Counted from the stretch's first letter, positions 17,638 to 27,840 are shown. The stretch is DNA of 64,000 bases from Candidatus Multivorans sp. (GCA_965247095.1 OZ251997.1:4288001-4352000), one strand, 5' to 3'. Notes: generated by a model from the sequence alone, not told the origin. Translations and numbers: made by a program.

Positions 17638-17844
17638 CTAGGCGTGGCTGTGGCCTGCTGGCAGTCGTAGACCGACCGCTTCGCAGAACTCCCGCAGATC
17701 GCCTAGCTGGTTCTCCAGCACGTCCCGGACGATCGCCAGATTAGTCCTGGCGTACTCGTGAACGAGTATGTTCCGGAAGCCGACCATGTGCTGCAAACGG
17801 CGGGCGAGGTCTTCGTTGATCCAGCCGGCGGCGTGTAGCAGTCG
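17638..17844 (-). pseudogene. hepT: HepT (DUF86 HEPN RNase) C-terminal fragment
   Basis: LLHAAGWINEDLARRLQHMVGFRNILVHEY...LGDLREFCEAV carries the Rx4HxY motif. It has no start and is joined directly to mntA sequence at ~17843. Confidence 0.8.
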
Positions 17845-18197
17845 TTGCGAGACTTGACCTCCCAGGCGATGCGCCTTCGTGGGGCGCGGTCGATGAGGAG
17901 TTGGCCGTCCCGGCGCACCCGGTGGGCGAGGTCGCACGGGGCTCGATTCAGGATGACGATCTGTACCGGTCGCCCTGTCTTTTTTTCGATGCGGGCGGCG
18001 AGGTCCAGGCGGAGGCTCTCCAGCGTGTCCGGAGGATCCGATTCGAGCAGGAGCGCGACATCGACATCGCTGTCGAGGCGCTGAGTGCCGCGGGCGACGG
18101 ACCCGTAGAGGTAGGCGGCAACGATGTCCGGCTCGGCGTGGAGCTCGGAGCGCAGCGTCGCGGCGATCGCCTCGGTCTCGAGTGTTGTGGTTGGCAT
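17845..18197 (-). pseudogene. mntA: MntA-type nucleotidyltransferase antitoxin, C-terminally truncated by deletion (frame reads on to 17703)
   Basis: YLYGSVARGTQRLDSDVDVALL. Near-identical to 44272-44682 up to EVKSRN, then diverges. Confidence 0.8.
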
Positions 18198-18237
18198 CGC
18201 GGTTGGTTCTTCAGAGCGGCCGGCTGAGAATACCGCC

Positions 18238-18894
18238 TCAGTCCGCGTCGGACAGCGAATCGACCTCCAGGACCTCACCGTTGCGCAGGACGAGGAAGCG
18301 GTCGGCGAACTCGGCCAGGGAACCTGCTTCGTGAGTCGCGAACAGGGCCAGACCGCCGGCCTCGCGCAGCGCTGCAAGCCACTGGTGGATGCGACCTCTC
18401 CAGTGCTCGTCCATGGCGTCGAGCGGTTCATCCAGGACCACTGTGCGCGGCATCCCGATCCAGGCGGCCGCCAGGAGAACTCGACGTCGTTGGCCTCGGG
18501 ACAACTCGCGCACGGAGAGGTCAGCTTCGGCCTCGAGCTCCGTTTCGATGAGGACTTCTTCGGCTCGCTCCACCCGCTGCGACCTCAGACGGCAGACGAG
18601 GCGGAGCACCTCGCGAATGGTTGCGAACGGGGTGATATCCGGTTCCTGGGGAACGAAGGCCAGGTCGGAGCGGGCTGCGACCTCTCGTCGCCACAGGTCG
18701 GAACCGTTCACGAGGATTCTTCCGGCGTCCGGTTTCTCCACCCCGGCCGCCAGTTTCAGCAACGTCGTCTTGCCCGATCCGTTCTCGCCGGAGAGCACGG
18801 TGACGCCACTTGTGACCTCCAGGTTCAGATCGCTGAAGATCTGCGACCGGTCGTCGTAGGCGAAGGCGACGCCTTCCATCCGCAGGCTCCGCAT
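18238..18894 (-). CDS. ABC transporter ATP-binding protein (CcmA/drug-export-like)
   Basis: GENGSGKTT, LSRGQRRRV, VVLDEP, FATH. ATG 18894 overlaps the upstream stop (TGATG). Confidence 0.92.
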   Translation of the reverse strand: MRSLRMEGVAFAYDDRSQIFSDLNLEVTSGVTVLSGENGSGKTTLLKLAAGVEKPDAGRILVNGSDLWRREVAARSDLAFVPQEPDITPFATIREVLRLVCRLRSQRVERAEEVLIETELEAEADLSVRELSRGQRRRVLLAAAWIGMPRTVVLDEPLDAMDEHWRGRIHQWLAALREAGGLALFATHEAGSLAEFADRFLVLRNGEVLEVDSLSDAD

Positions 18895-20168
18895 CACGGC
18901 TCCGCCTCGCGGGCGCCGTCGAATCGACGCTCCAGGTAGAGACCCACCTTGAGCGACTGTTCGCGTCTGGCGGAGGTTTCCAGGACGAGCGGCGAGGCAA
19001 GTCCGAGGACGAGCGCGGCCATGGGCTGGACGCTCGTGAGAAGCGCCGCCAGAAAGGCCTCGATGTACGTCCACGCTCCGAGTCGTGTGAGCCCATGTAG
19101 CGAGTTGCGCATGCGTCCCGGCAGGCGGACCGCCAGGAAGACGAGGAGCACGAAGACGGACAGGCCGCTTGAGAGACGCAGGTAGAGGATCGGGATCAGC
19201 AGCGGACTGGCGACCAGCAGCATCAGGACGGCATCCGCGACGACCCTCTGTCTCGCGGACCAGGGGAGGGAGCGGGACCAGGCCCAGGGCGGCCGGCGGG
19301 CGTTCAGCAGCGTCGCCATGGCAAGAACCGTCGCGGTGATGCCGAGCGACGTGCCCAGGCGCAACACGAGTTCGGACTGGTCGGGCGTGAACTCGTTGTT
19401 GTGAATCGCCAAGCCTGTCGGTGTCGCAAACACGGCGGCCGGTAGGTGAACCAGCGTGATCCACATCCCAAGCGCTCGCAAGGAGAGGATGAGTTGACCA
19501 ATTGGCAGGTGCCGGCCGAGACCGCGAAGAGAGATCGGCGCGGAGGGAACTCTTGCGATGCGAGTTGACCAGTCTCCGGCCTGCGCGTAGGCCAGTACGA
19601 GAAGGATAATTGCGGCCACCAGCCCCAGCGTAGAGGCGCTCGCCGCCAGCGGTACTGCTGCCGCACCGCAGGCGCGAACCCGCCGGGGTGCTGGCGTCCA
19701 CACGCTTGCGGCGGCCAGGGCTAGCAGGGGAAGACCAAGCAGGGCGCGGACCGAAGCTGGCTCGCCGAGCAACTTCGCGCCGGTCCAGAGCAGGATCCAT
19801 AGACCGGCAAGGTGGGGAAGCGTGGATGCGACGCCGAGAACACCGGCGGTCCAGCGCGTTCGCACGCCGACGGGCAGATGAAGGTGCCAACCGCGGTGTG
19901 CCGGCGCGAGACGCCGGGCCGCCACGGCAGCGGCAACGACGGCCCAGAGCGCGAAGCCGAGCCTGGACGCCGAGAACGCCTCGGGCGTCGCGATACCGGC
20001 CGCCAGACCCTTGAGCAGAAGCTCACGCGCCGCCGGTGGCTGGAACGCCACCAGAACCAGCAGAAGCACCAACTGAAATGTCGCCAGGCCAAGGGTAACC
20101 CGGATGGCGGAAGAGAGATGGAACCGGTAGCTGGCTCCCAATCCAGTCTTTGTCACCGACTGGCGCAC
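18894..20168 (-). CDS. Multi-pass membrane protein, probable ABC exporter permease
   Basis: About 10-12 hydrophobic segments; two similar W-x-x-x-LP motifs (GWHLHLPV, AWSRSLPW); coupled to the ABC ATPase. Confidence 0.7.
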   Translation of the reverse strand: MRQSVTKTGLGASYRFHLSSAIRVTLGLATFQLVLLLVLVAFQPPAARELLLKGLAAGIATPEAFSASRLGFALWAVVAAAVAARRLAPAHRGWHLHLPVGVRTRWTAGVLGVASTLPHLAGLWILLWTGAKLLGEPASVRALLGLPLLALAAASVWTPAPRRVRACGAAAVPLAASASTLGLVAAIILLVLAYAQAGDWSTRIARVPSAPISLRGLGRHLPIGQLILSLRALGMWITLVHLPAAVFATPTGLAIHNNEFTPDQSELVLRLGTSLGITATVLAMATLLNARRPPWAWSRSLPWSARQRVVADAVLMLLVASPLLIPILYLRLSSGLSVFVLLVFLAVRLPGRMRNSLHGLTRLGAWTYIEAFLAALLTSVQPMAALVLGLASPLVLETSARREQSLKVGLYLERRFDGAREAEP

Positions 20169-20980
20169 CCACTTGCCTCGAACACCCCGGTGTTCTTGGC
20201 CAGACGCAAGCAGCCATTGCGTTCTATCTCCGAGGCCGCTGCGTCGCGCAACTCATCCAGTTTGTTGGGATTCGGCGCCATCGTGCCGATCGAGCGCACA
20301 TAAGCGATCAGGGGTTCGACCTCGGTAATCTCCAAGGCGTCCTCATAGCGGTGTATCACGACGGAGGCGAACACTCTCTTCAATTGGGCTCCGCCGGTCT
20401 CAAGGCTAAAGAGCTCAAGCGTGCTCTCCTCTGGGTGCTGATCCTCCTGATGCATCGCTTGCCGTACCCACCCGCCCAGGCCGATCCGGTCGGTGAGCCC
20501 ATTGGTCGCCGCGTACAGACTCCCGTCGGCTCTGAGCACCCGACGCAATTCGTCCAATGCCCGTGCTCGATCGGGGACGTGGTAGAGCATGTGGTTTGCT
20601 ATCACACCATCGAACCGATCGTTGTCGAAGGGCAGATCCTGGGCATCGGCTACGCGATAGGAAAACCGTACCTTGCCAAGGGTCTGGCGGGCGGCGTCGA
20701 GCATGCCAGGCGAAAGATCAGCCAGAGTGACCTCCCATCCAGACGGAATCCGCGCTCGATTGGCACGCCAGAGGTCTCCGGGTCCGCAGCCCAGGTCCAA
20801 CAGGCGGGCCTCTTCCCCGAAATCGAACCGATCGAAGACCCATGGCAACCAGCCTCGCGGATTGACGCTGAAGCGGGCGTGCAACTGAGCGCGATCTCGC
20901 AGATTGCCTGGGTCCCGGTATTGGTCCTCGACCAGGTATTTCCGGTCGGTCATTCTGTTCATGCTCTGCGCGTACCACAT
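20153..20980 (-). CDS. Class I SAM-dependent methyltransferase
   Basis: LLDLGCGPG, ADLSPGML, ADAQDLPF, IANHMLYHVPD. The start may be 20962. Confidence 0.92.
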   Translation of the reverse strand: MWYAQSMNRMTDRKYLVEDQYRDPGNLRDRAQLHARFSVNPRGWLPWVFDRFDFGEEARLLDLGCGPGDLWRANRARIPSGWEVTLADLSPGMLDAARQTLGKVRFSYRVADAQDLPFDNDRFDGVIANHMLYHVPDRARALDELRRVLRADGSLYAATNGLTDRIGLGGWVRQAMHQEDQHPEESTLELFSLETGGAQLKRVFASVVIHRYEDALEITEVEPLIAYVRSIGTMAPNPNKLDELRDAAASEIERNGCLRLAKNTGVFEASGCASR

Positions 20981-21882
20981 GCCTGGTCACGGGTCGCTTC
21001 TCGCCGCCAGAACGGCCGGATGAAGCGGCCCTGAAGCCGCGCCCGCCTCAGGAAGACAACGCTCACCAGCAGGCACACGGCAATGGCGAACACGGAACCC
21101 TCTACGCCGAGAGCGCCGCCGGAGAGGAAGTCGGGTCCGCTCAGCCGGGATTGGAGAACGCTTTGCACCTGGATGCCGGAGAGATTCGGGCCGAACACGC
21201 CCGCCACCATGAAGTTCCATCCGAAGTGGACGCCGATCGCGAGCCATAGTCGCCGGGTCAGGACGTAGGCGGCACCGAGCAGCACGCCCGCTTCGATACC
21301 GATCGCCGCGGCGCCGTACAAGGTCGCGTTCGGATTGCTCAGGTGTACGAGACCAAAGAGCGCTGCCGAGATGGTGAGGGCCAGCCATGTTCCGAGCCCC
21401 TCTTCGAGAATCCGGAACACCACTCCGCGGAAGACCACCTCCTCGAGATAGCCGGACACGGCGGCGATGGCGAACGCGGTCAACAGGGCGGTCCAGGCAC
21501 CGACTCCTTGCACCTGGTAGAAGCCAAGCGCCGCGATGAGCGCCACGGTTAACGTCAAGCAAGCGGCGCCGACCAGAGTTCCCGCGCTGGTTTCACGCAG
21601 TGCCCCGCTTAGGGAGAGTTCAGCGGCAGACCGTCGCTCCAGGAGACGGGTCATTCCACGGTAGGCGAAGTGAACGGCGAGGATGGGAAAGACCACTCCG
21701 ACCGCGACGCGCAGCCAGGAGATTTCCAACCACAGGCTGAGCCCGGCGGCCGCCAGACCCTGGAGCACGACGGCCGCGGCGATACCAGCGCCAAAGAGGA
21801 CGATCCGGGTCAGCGGGAATCGGAGAACCGGAACTCCCCATCGCTTCCACCGCTTCTGAGCGGGCGCCGCCGTCTCGTCCAT
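20959..21882 (-). CDS. CPBP/Abi (CAAX protease-like) intramembrane metalloprotease
   Basis: EEVVFRG, FGLVH, GVHFGWNF motifs; RBS GGAG upstream. Confidence 0.93.
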   Translation of the reverse strand: MDETAAPAQKRWKRWGVPVLRFPLTRIVLFGAGIAAAVVLQGLAAAGLSLWLEISWLRVAVGVVFPILAVHFAYRGMTRLLERRSAAELSLSGALRETSAGTLVGAACLTLTVALIAALGFYQVQGVGAWTALLTAFAIAAVSGYLEEVVFRGVVFRILEEGLGTWLALTISAALFGLVHLSNPNATLYGAAAIGIEAGVLLGAAYVLTRRLWLAIGVHFGWNFMVAGVFGPNLSGIQVQSVLQSRLSGPDFLSGGALGVEGSVFAIAVCLLVSVVFLRRARLQGRFIRPFWRREATRDQACGTRRA

Positions 21883-21974
21883 GTCGCGATCTCCGGGAGG
21901 AAGGAGCCTCCTTTTCTACGCGCCTCCCACGCTATCGCGCTAGCGGAGCGAGCCTGGTTCCGCGCCGTTGGCCC

Positions 21975-23408
21975 CTACGCGGCGTGCGATGTGTTTCGTT
22001 CCCGGGCGACCGCTGCTTCGAGGTGCGGTGGCGGCCGCCACAGGCATTCCATGACGTAAGGCAGGTCCATCGGTGTGCCGTCCCAAGCGGGCATGGATTC
22101 TCTGCCGGTGATCATGATGCCGGCGTCCTCCAAGTGGCGGATCAGCTCATGGGCAGGGTACGAGCCGACTGGCGGCGGCGCGGGGCTGCGCTCCAGCGGC
22201 CGACCACGTCTGTCGAGGAACTGGACGGCGCGTTCGTTGTTCATCTTCACGCTGAAGCCGCCTTCGTAGAGCAGGCGGTGGTGCCGCCGGCAGAGGAGCA
22301 CGAGGTTCGAGAGCTTTGTTTCGCCGCCGTCAGCCCAGTGGACGATGTGGTGAGCGTCGCAGTGCTTCGACGTGCAGCCGGGGAAGCGACAACCCTGGTC
22401 GCGGAACTCCAGGGCCCGCCGGATCGGCGGCGGGATCGTGCGGGTCTTGCGGCCAACGCTCAGGATCTGGCCGTTCCGGTGGGCCATCGAGACTCTGCCG
22501 GCGTCGCGGGCGATCCTCCGGGCTGTTTCCGCGGAAACCGGGATAAGGGAGCTCCCGAGCCAGGCGCCGTTGACCGATCCTGGCAACGCGGGCGTCTCGC
22601 CCCCATCCGTTGGCGTTCCCGCGGGAACGCCTGCCCTGGACGTTCCCGCGGGAACGTGAGTCCGGTTGTCAGCCGTCGCGCTCTGCTGCGCCCTCGGCTC
22701 TTCCCCGTTGACATGAACCACGACCTGGTAGCGGTCGCCGCTCGACCCCGGATCGAGCCCGCCCTTGAGCGCGCTCTCGGCAACGAGCGCAAGAGCGTCG
22801 GCGCGCACTTTGCCGACTGGCGGTTTGTCCTCCTGCTGCTCTGCGTAGAGCTTGTCGCTCGCCGCATCGAGTGCCTTCATCAGGACTTCGCCCGCCTCCG
22901 GCGCCAGACAACCGCGGATCACGAACATGCCGTTCTCGTCGATGTGGGTCGTCACATGGCTGGAAGCGTCGCGCAACTCGTCGTCGTGGGCCTCGACCGT
23001 GCGGTCGATCCTTCGCCAGCTTCTCACCATTCGTTCGATCTGGGCCGCGGTCCCGGTCTTGCCCAAGTCCACCAGCGACTGCTCGGTGTCCGGCGCGGCG
23101 ATACGGGTGAGCGCCCTCACCTTGGAGTAGGAGAGTTCGCCCTTGCTCATTGCCTCACTCAACAAGGGCAGGTCACCCAGGGCTCGGGCGACTCGCACCC
23201 GCTCACGGGCCGCGCCGGGCGCTAGCCCGATTCGCCAGGTGAGCCAGTGGGCGCAAGTGAGGAAGCCGCAGCTCCAGCCTTCCTCTTCATCGAACTTGCG
23301 GATCAGGACGAGCAGCTCATAGGTCGCCGCGTCAATGCGCGCAGCGAGCGTGGCGATCTCTTCGCCCATGCGCTCCTTGCTGCTCATGCCGGTTTGTTTG
23401 TCAATCAT
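21975..23408 (-). CDS. DUF222-domain HNH endonuclease (REP13E12-like), possibly degenerate
   Basis: GFLTCAHWLTWRIG...ARERVRVARAL; GRKTRTIPPPIRRALEFRDQGCRFPGC...DAHHIVHWADGGETKLSNLVLLCRRHH. Start taken at ATG 23408. Confidence 0.9.
   Translation of the reverse strand: MIDKQTGMSSKERMGEEIATLAARIDAATYELLVLIRKFDEEEGWSCGFLTCAHWLTWRIGLAPGAARERVRVARALGDLPLLSEAMSKGELSYSKVRALTRIAAPDTEQSLVDLGKTGTAAQIERMVRSWRRIDRTVEAHDDELRDASSHVTTHIDENGMFVIRGCLAPEAGEVLMKALDAASDKLYAEQQEDKPPVGKVRADALALVAESALKGGLDPGSSGDRYQVVVHVNGEEPRAQQSATADNRTHVPAGTSRAGVPAGTPTDGGETPALPGSVNGAWLGSSLIPVSAETARRIARDAGRVSMAHRNGQILSVGRKTRTIPPPIRRALEFRDQGCRFPGCTSKHCDAHHIVHWADGGETKLSNLVLLCRRHHRLLYEGGFSVKMNNERAVQFLDRRGRPLERSPAPPPVGSYPAHELIRHLEDAGIMITGRESMPAWDGTPMDLPYVMECLWRPPPHLEAAVARERNTSHAA
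22525..22657. repeat. Three perfect palindromes plus one REP-like element within the DUF222-HNH gene
   Basis: GTTTCCGCGGAAAC (22525-22538), GGCGTTCCCGCGGGAACGCC (22612-22631), ACGTTCCCGCGGGAACGT (22640-22657); REP-like TGGCAACGCGGGC-GTCTC-GCCCCCAT (22581-22606). Confidence 0.9.
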
Positions 23409-23456
23409 TTGGTTGCCACCCTGTGGTGGGACCCGACGGTCCGGATTGGCACGTAT

Positions 23457-23531
23457 CGGAGGCCCTGAAACCGGCCGTTCGGGGCCTCCGCCGAGGCCAA
23501 GGAATATAGCATGAGTTCTTGAGGAACACAA
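23457..23531 (-). promoter_or_regulatory. Sigma70 promoter and structured 5' leader of the DUF222-HNH gene
   Basis: TTGTGT-17 nt-TATATT with extended TG; leader hairpin CGGAGGCCC...GGGCCTCCG at 23457-23490. Confidence 0.65.
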
Positions 23532-23767
23532 GCAATTGAGGTCGATGCAGATGCCCGGTTGGCGTCCTCCTGGGCTCCGCTCAATCGGAACCGGTGAACC
23601 GCGGACTCGCGACGGGGATGGCGTCCGGGCTGGGCCGGTTGGCGTCCTGGCCGACCCGGCGGCGAGCTTGCTTCTGGCGGGCAAAGCCCTAGACTCCAGG
23701 CTCTCGTTCTCGCCTACGCGGCGACGTTTCGGTCGCCCCCCGCCTTCAATGCTCGATTGAGACGACC

Positions 23768-26700
23768 TTGCCCGGCCAACTCTTCACCCAGTACTTCCTC
23801 ACCGACGGTATTCGGGACACGGCGGAGTGGCGGGAGTCGGTCCGTCACCCGGAGGCCTTCGCCGAGTTCCAGGCGAGGGTCCCCACTCTCCTCGCGGCGT
23901 TCAGCCGCTCCAGCGATCCGAACGAGGCGGTCACCGAGGCGGATCTGATCCGGCCCATCCTGGAGCTGCTCGGATGGTCGCACTACCTGCCGCAGCAGGC
24001 GACGGCGCGGGGCGAGGACGTTCCGGACCACCTGCTGTTTGAAGATGCCGAATCGAAGGCCCGTGCCAACCAACGTACCGTTCCCGGCGACCGCTATCTC
24101 GACGCTCTCCTGGTCCAGGAGAGCAAGCGGTTCGGTTTGCCTCTGGATGGCCGGGACCGTGCCGGCCGCTTGTACGTGGGCACGCCGCATGGGCAGATCC
24201 TCCGGTACCTGGCCACGGCCGAGAGCGTCTCGGATGGCCGGATCCGTTGGGGCATCCTGACCAACGGCGATCGCTGGAGGCTGTACGACCACCGGGCGCG
24301 TCCTCGCGCCAGCGGGTACTTCGAGGCGAACCTCCCAGCCCTGTTGGAACAGGGCGACGAAGAAGGTCTGAGAAGGTTCTTTCTCCTGTTCGCTCGTCGG
24401 GCGTTCACGCTGCAGGACGGAGCGACGGCGACCTTCATCGAAAGGGCGATCGCAGAGGGGAAGCGCTATGAGGAGAAGGTCGCCGAGGACCTCTCCCAGG
24501 CCGTCTTCGACGATGCCTTCCCCCGACTTCTGAACGCGCTTGCCAAAGAGGCCCCGTCGGCCGATCTGCGGGAGATCCGCGACGCCGCGCTGATCTTCCT
24601 CTACCGGCTTCTGTTCGTTCTCTACGCCGAGGACCGGGGTCTCTTGCCGGTGAACGACCCCAGGTACGACGACTACGGTCTGAGGCGGCGAGTGCGGGAC
24701 GACATTGCCCGCCGGATGGCCGAAGGGGACACGTTCTCGAGCACGGCCGGCAACTACTACAACCGTCTGATGGAGCTCTTCCGGCAGATCGACGGCGGTG
24801 ACCGGTCGATCGGCCTACCGCCTTACAACGGCGGTCTGTTCGCCGAGGAAGCGGCGCCTCTGCTGGCAAGGGTTCGTCTCGCAGACAGTGAGACGGCCCC
24901 GGTCGTCTTCGGGCTCAGCCATTTCGGCCACAGGGGCGATGGTCAGGCCAAGTTCGTCAACTACCGCGACATGTCGGTTCAGCAGCTTGGTTCGATCTAC
25001 GAGCGGCTCCTTGAGCGCGAGCCGGTCCGAGATCCGGCAGGCAACGTCTCGATCCAGCTCAACCGTTTCGCGCGGAAGGACAGCGGCAGCTTCTATACGA
25101 GCCAGGAACTGGTCGACCTGATCGTCGAGCAGACGCTGAAGCCCCTGGCGGAAGAGCGTCTGCGGGCGTTCGAGGCGAAGGCCGAGGACCTCAGCAGCGA
25201 CCGCCGGACCAAGGCCGACCGCCTGGCGGATCTGGTGCAGATCGACCCGGCGGAGGCCGTGTTGGATCTCAAGGTGCTCGATCCCGCCATGGGAAGCGGC
25301 CACTTCCTGGTCACGGCCGTGGACTTCCTTTCCGACTATGTGGCGGAACTCATCGAGTACGTGCCGGCGGTGCCGGACTGGCTTGACGAGCCGTACGAAT
25401 CGCCTCTGGTGGGTCGGATCGCTCGTATTCGGCAGGGCATCCTCCATCGCGCCGCCGAATCGGAATGGGTGATCGACGAGGCGCAGCTCACCGACCAGGC
25501 GATCATCCGGCGAATGGTGCTCAAGCGCTGCATCTACGGAGTAGACAAGAACCGCCTGACGGTGGAACTGGCCAAGGTGTCGCTGTGGCTGCACAGCTTC
25601 ACTGTCGGTGCGCCGTTGTCATTCCTGGACCATCACCTGCGTTGCGGCGATTCCCTCGTCGGACTCAGGGTCGGCGATGGAACGGATGAGCTTCGCCGCC
25701 TCGGCGGGCTGATCGCCTCCAGCGCCATCCAGGGCGCGGAGAACGCGGTCGCCGGGATGGAACTGATCGAAGAGATGTCCGACGCGGACGTGGCGGAGGT
25801 TCGGGAGTCGGCCAGGCTCTTCGAGGGTGTCGACCAGGCGACCTCCGAGTTGCGCCGCGTGCTCGATTGCCTGTGCGCCTTGCGTTGGCTGACCGCGGGT
25901 ATGAAGAAGAGACAGCGCAACGAGTTCGAGACGCGTGGACTGCTCGAAGTGGTTGGCGCCTATCCAGCCAAGGCGTACTCACTCCTCGCAGAGGGGCCGG
26001 GAGCAATTGATCCGACATCGGCGGCCGGTTCGGATGACGCCGGCCTCTCGAGATTCGCCGAGCTATGGCGTGATGCCCGCGCCCTGGCCGAACGCGAGAC
26101 CTTCCTGCATTGGGAGGTGGCTTTCCCGGGCGTGTGGCGACACTGGCAGCGGCGGAGCCCGGAGGGTGGGTTCGACGCGGTGATCGGCAATCCGCCCTGG
26201 GACCGGATCAAACTCCAGGAAGTGGAGTGGTTCGCGACCCGTGATCCGGAGTTGGCCCGCGCTCCCACGGCGGCACAGCGCCGTATTGGCATCAAGAAAC
26301 GCCGAAACCGGGGCGAACCGTTGGCCGCCGCGTTCGACGAGGCGAAGCGGCGCGCCGACAGCCTGCTGGCGTTGTTCCGGACTTCGGGCGACTATCCGTT
26401 GCTCGGCAGGGGCGACATCAACCTGTACTCGCTGTTCGTCGAGCGGGCGCTGAAGGTGCTCAAGCCGGGCGGCCTGGTGGGGCTGCTCGTGCCTTCAGGC
26501 ATCTACGCCGACAGGACGGCCGCGCCGTTCTTCCAATCGATGTCTAGCGGGGGACGAGTGGCCGGGTTGTTCGACTTCGAGAATCGACGGTTGGGCGCCG
26601 GACAGCCGCCGTTCTTCCCCGACGTCGATTCGCGGTTCAAGTTTTCGCCCTGGTCCTCGGCGGTGATGAACGGTCGTTCGCGGAGACTCGGTGCGGGTTC

Positions 26701-27840
26701 TTCCTGGACAGCGCAGGAGATCTGAGCGACCCGGAACGGTGCTTCCCCCTGAGTCCGGTCGACTTCACGCGGGTCAATCCGAACACCGGCACCGCGCCCG
26801 TGTTCCGCACCCGCCGGGACGCCGAGATCACGCGGGGCATCTACGAACGTCATCCGGTGCTGGTGGACCGATCCGGGGGTGGGGAGCGGCGGGTTTGGCC
26901 GGTTCGCTACAACCGAATGTTCGACATGACGAACGACTCCCACCTCTTCAGGACTGCTGCTGAGCTTGAGGCGGCCGGCTGCTACCCGATTGCCGGGAAT
27001 CGGTGGAAGCGAGGCGAGGAAGAGTGGCTGCCCTTGTATGAGGGAAAGATGGTCCAGGCCTACGACCACCGGGCCGCGAATGTCGTGGTCAACCCTGAGA
27101 ACCTGAACCGGCCTGCACAGCCGCGGGAGGCCACGTTGGCGGAGCACGTCGATCCCTGCTGGTCGCCTGATCCGCAGTTCTGGGTGGCCGCCGATGACTT
27201 AGCCTGGCCCGAAGGTCTCGACTGGGCCGTCGCCTTCAAGGACGTCACGGCGCCGACCAACGTCCGCACCATGATCGCCGCTCTCGTGCCTCGCTCCGGC
27301 GTGGGCAACACGCTTCCGTTGCTCCTTCCGGGTGGCGTTGGCCCAGCTCCGGGCAACGCCGAGGCACTGTGGCTGCTCGCGGCGAACTTCAACTCGTTCG
27401 TCTTCGACTTCGTCGCGCGACAGAAGGTCCAGGGCCAGCACTTGAACTGGTTCATCGTCGAGCAACTGCCGGTGATCGGTCCTAAGGACTATGAGCGCCG
27501 ATTTGGGGACAAGACCGCTCGGGATCTCGTCCGTGACCACGTCCTGCGTCTGACCCGCACAGCGCACGACATGGAGCCGTTCGCGAATGACCTCGGGTAC
27601 GACGGGCCGGCCTTCGACTGGGACGACGAGGAGCGTCGACATCTGAAGGCATGGCTCGATGCGCTGTACTTCCTGCTCTATGGCCTGTCTCGGGACGAAG
27701 CAGAGCACGTGCTTGGGACGTTCCCTATCGTCCGGCGGCAGGACGAGGCGGAGTTCGGGCGGTATCGGACGCGAGATCTGGTCCTCGCCTACGTGAACGC
27801 GCTGGACGCTGGGGATCCAGAGACGGCAGTCGCGATCTAG
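23768..27840 (+). pseudogene. Type IIG (Eco57I-like) fused restriction-modification enzyme split by a 1-nt frameshift at ~26645
   Basis: N-terminal PD...ESK nuclease (VPDHLLF...VQESKR); MTase motifs DPAMGSGHFL and GNPPW. After RFKF the protein-like sequence continues in another frame (ALVLGGDERSFAETRCGFFL...NPNTGTAPVFRTRRDAEI) into ORF 26800-27840, the target-recognition region. Confidence 0.85.

Noticed and set aside
22612-22657. Palindromic repeats as a mini-CRISPR or as the chromosomal parS
   Set aside because: The gap between copies is only 8 bp with no spacer-repeat periodicity; the central four bases differ from canonical parS, and no parAB or origin genes are in the window.
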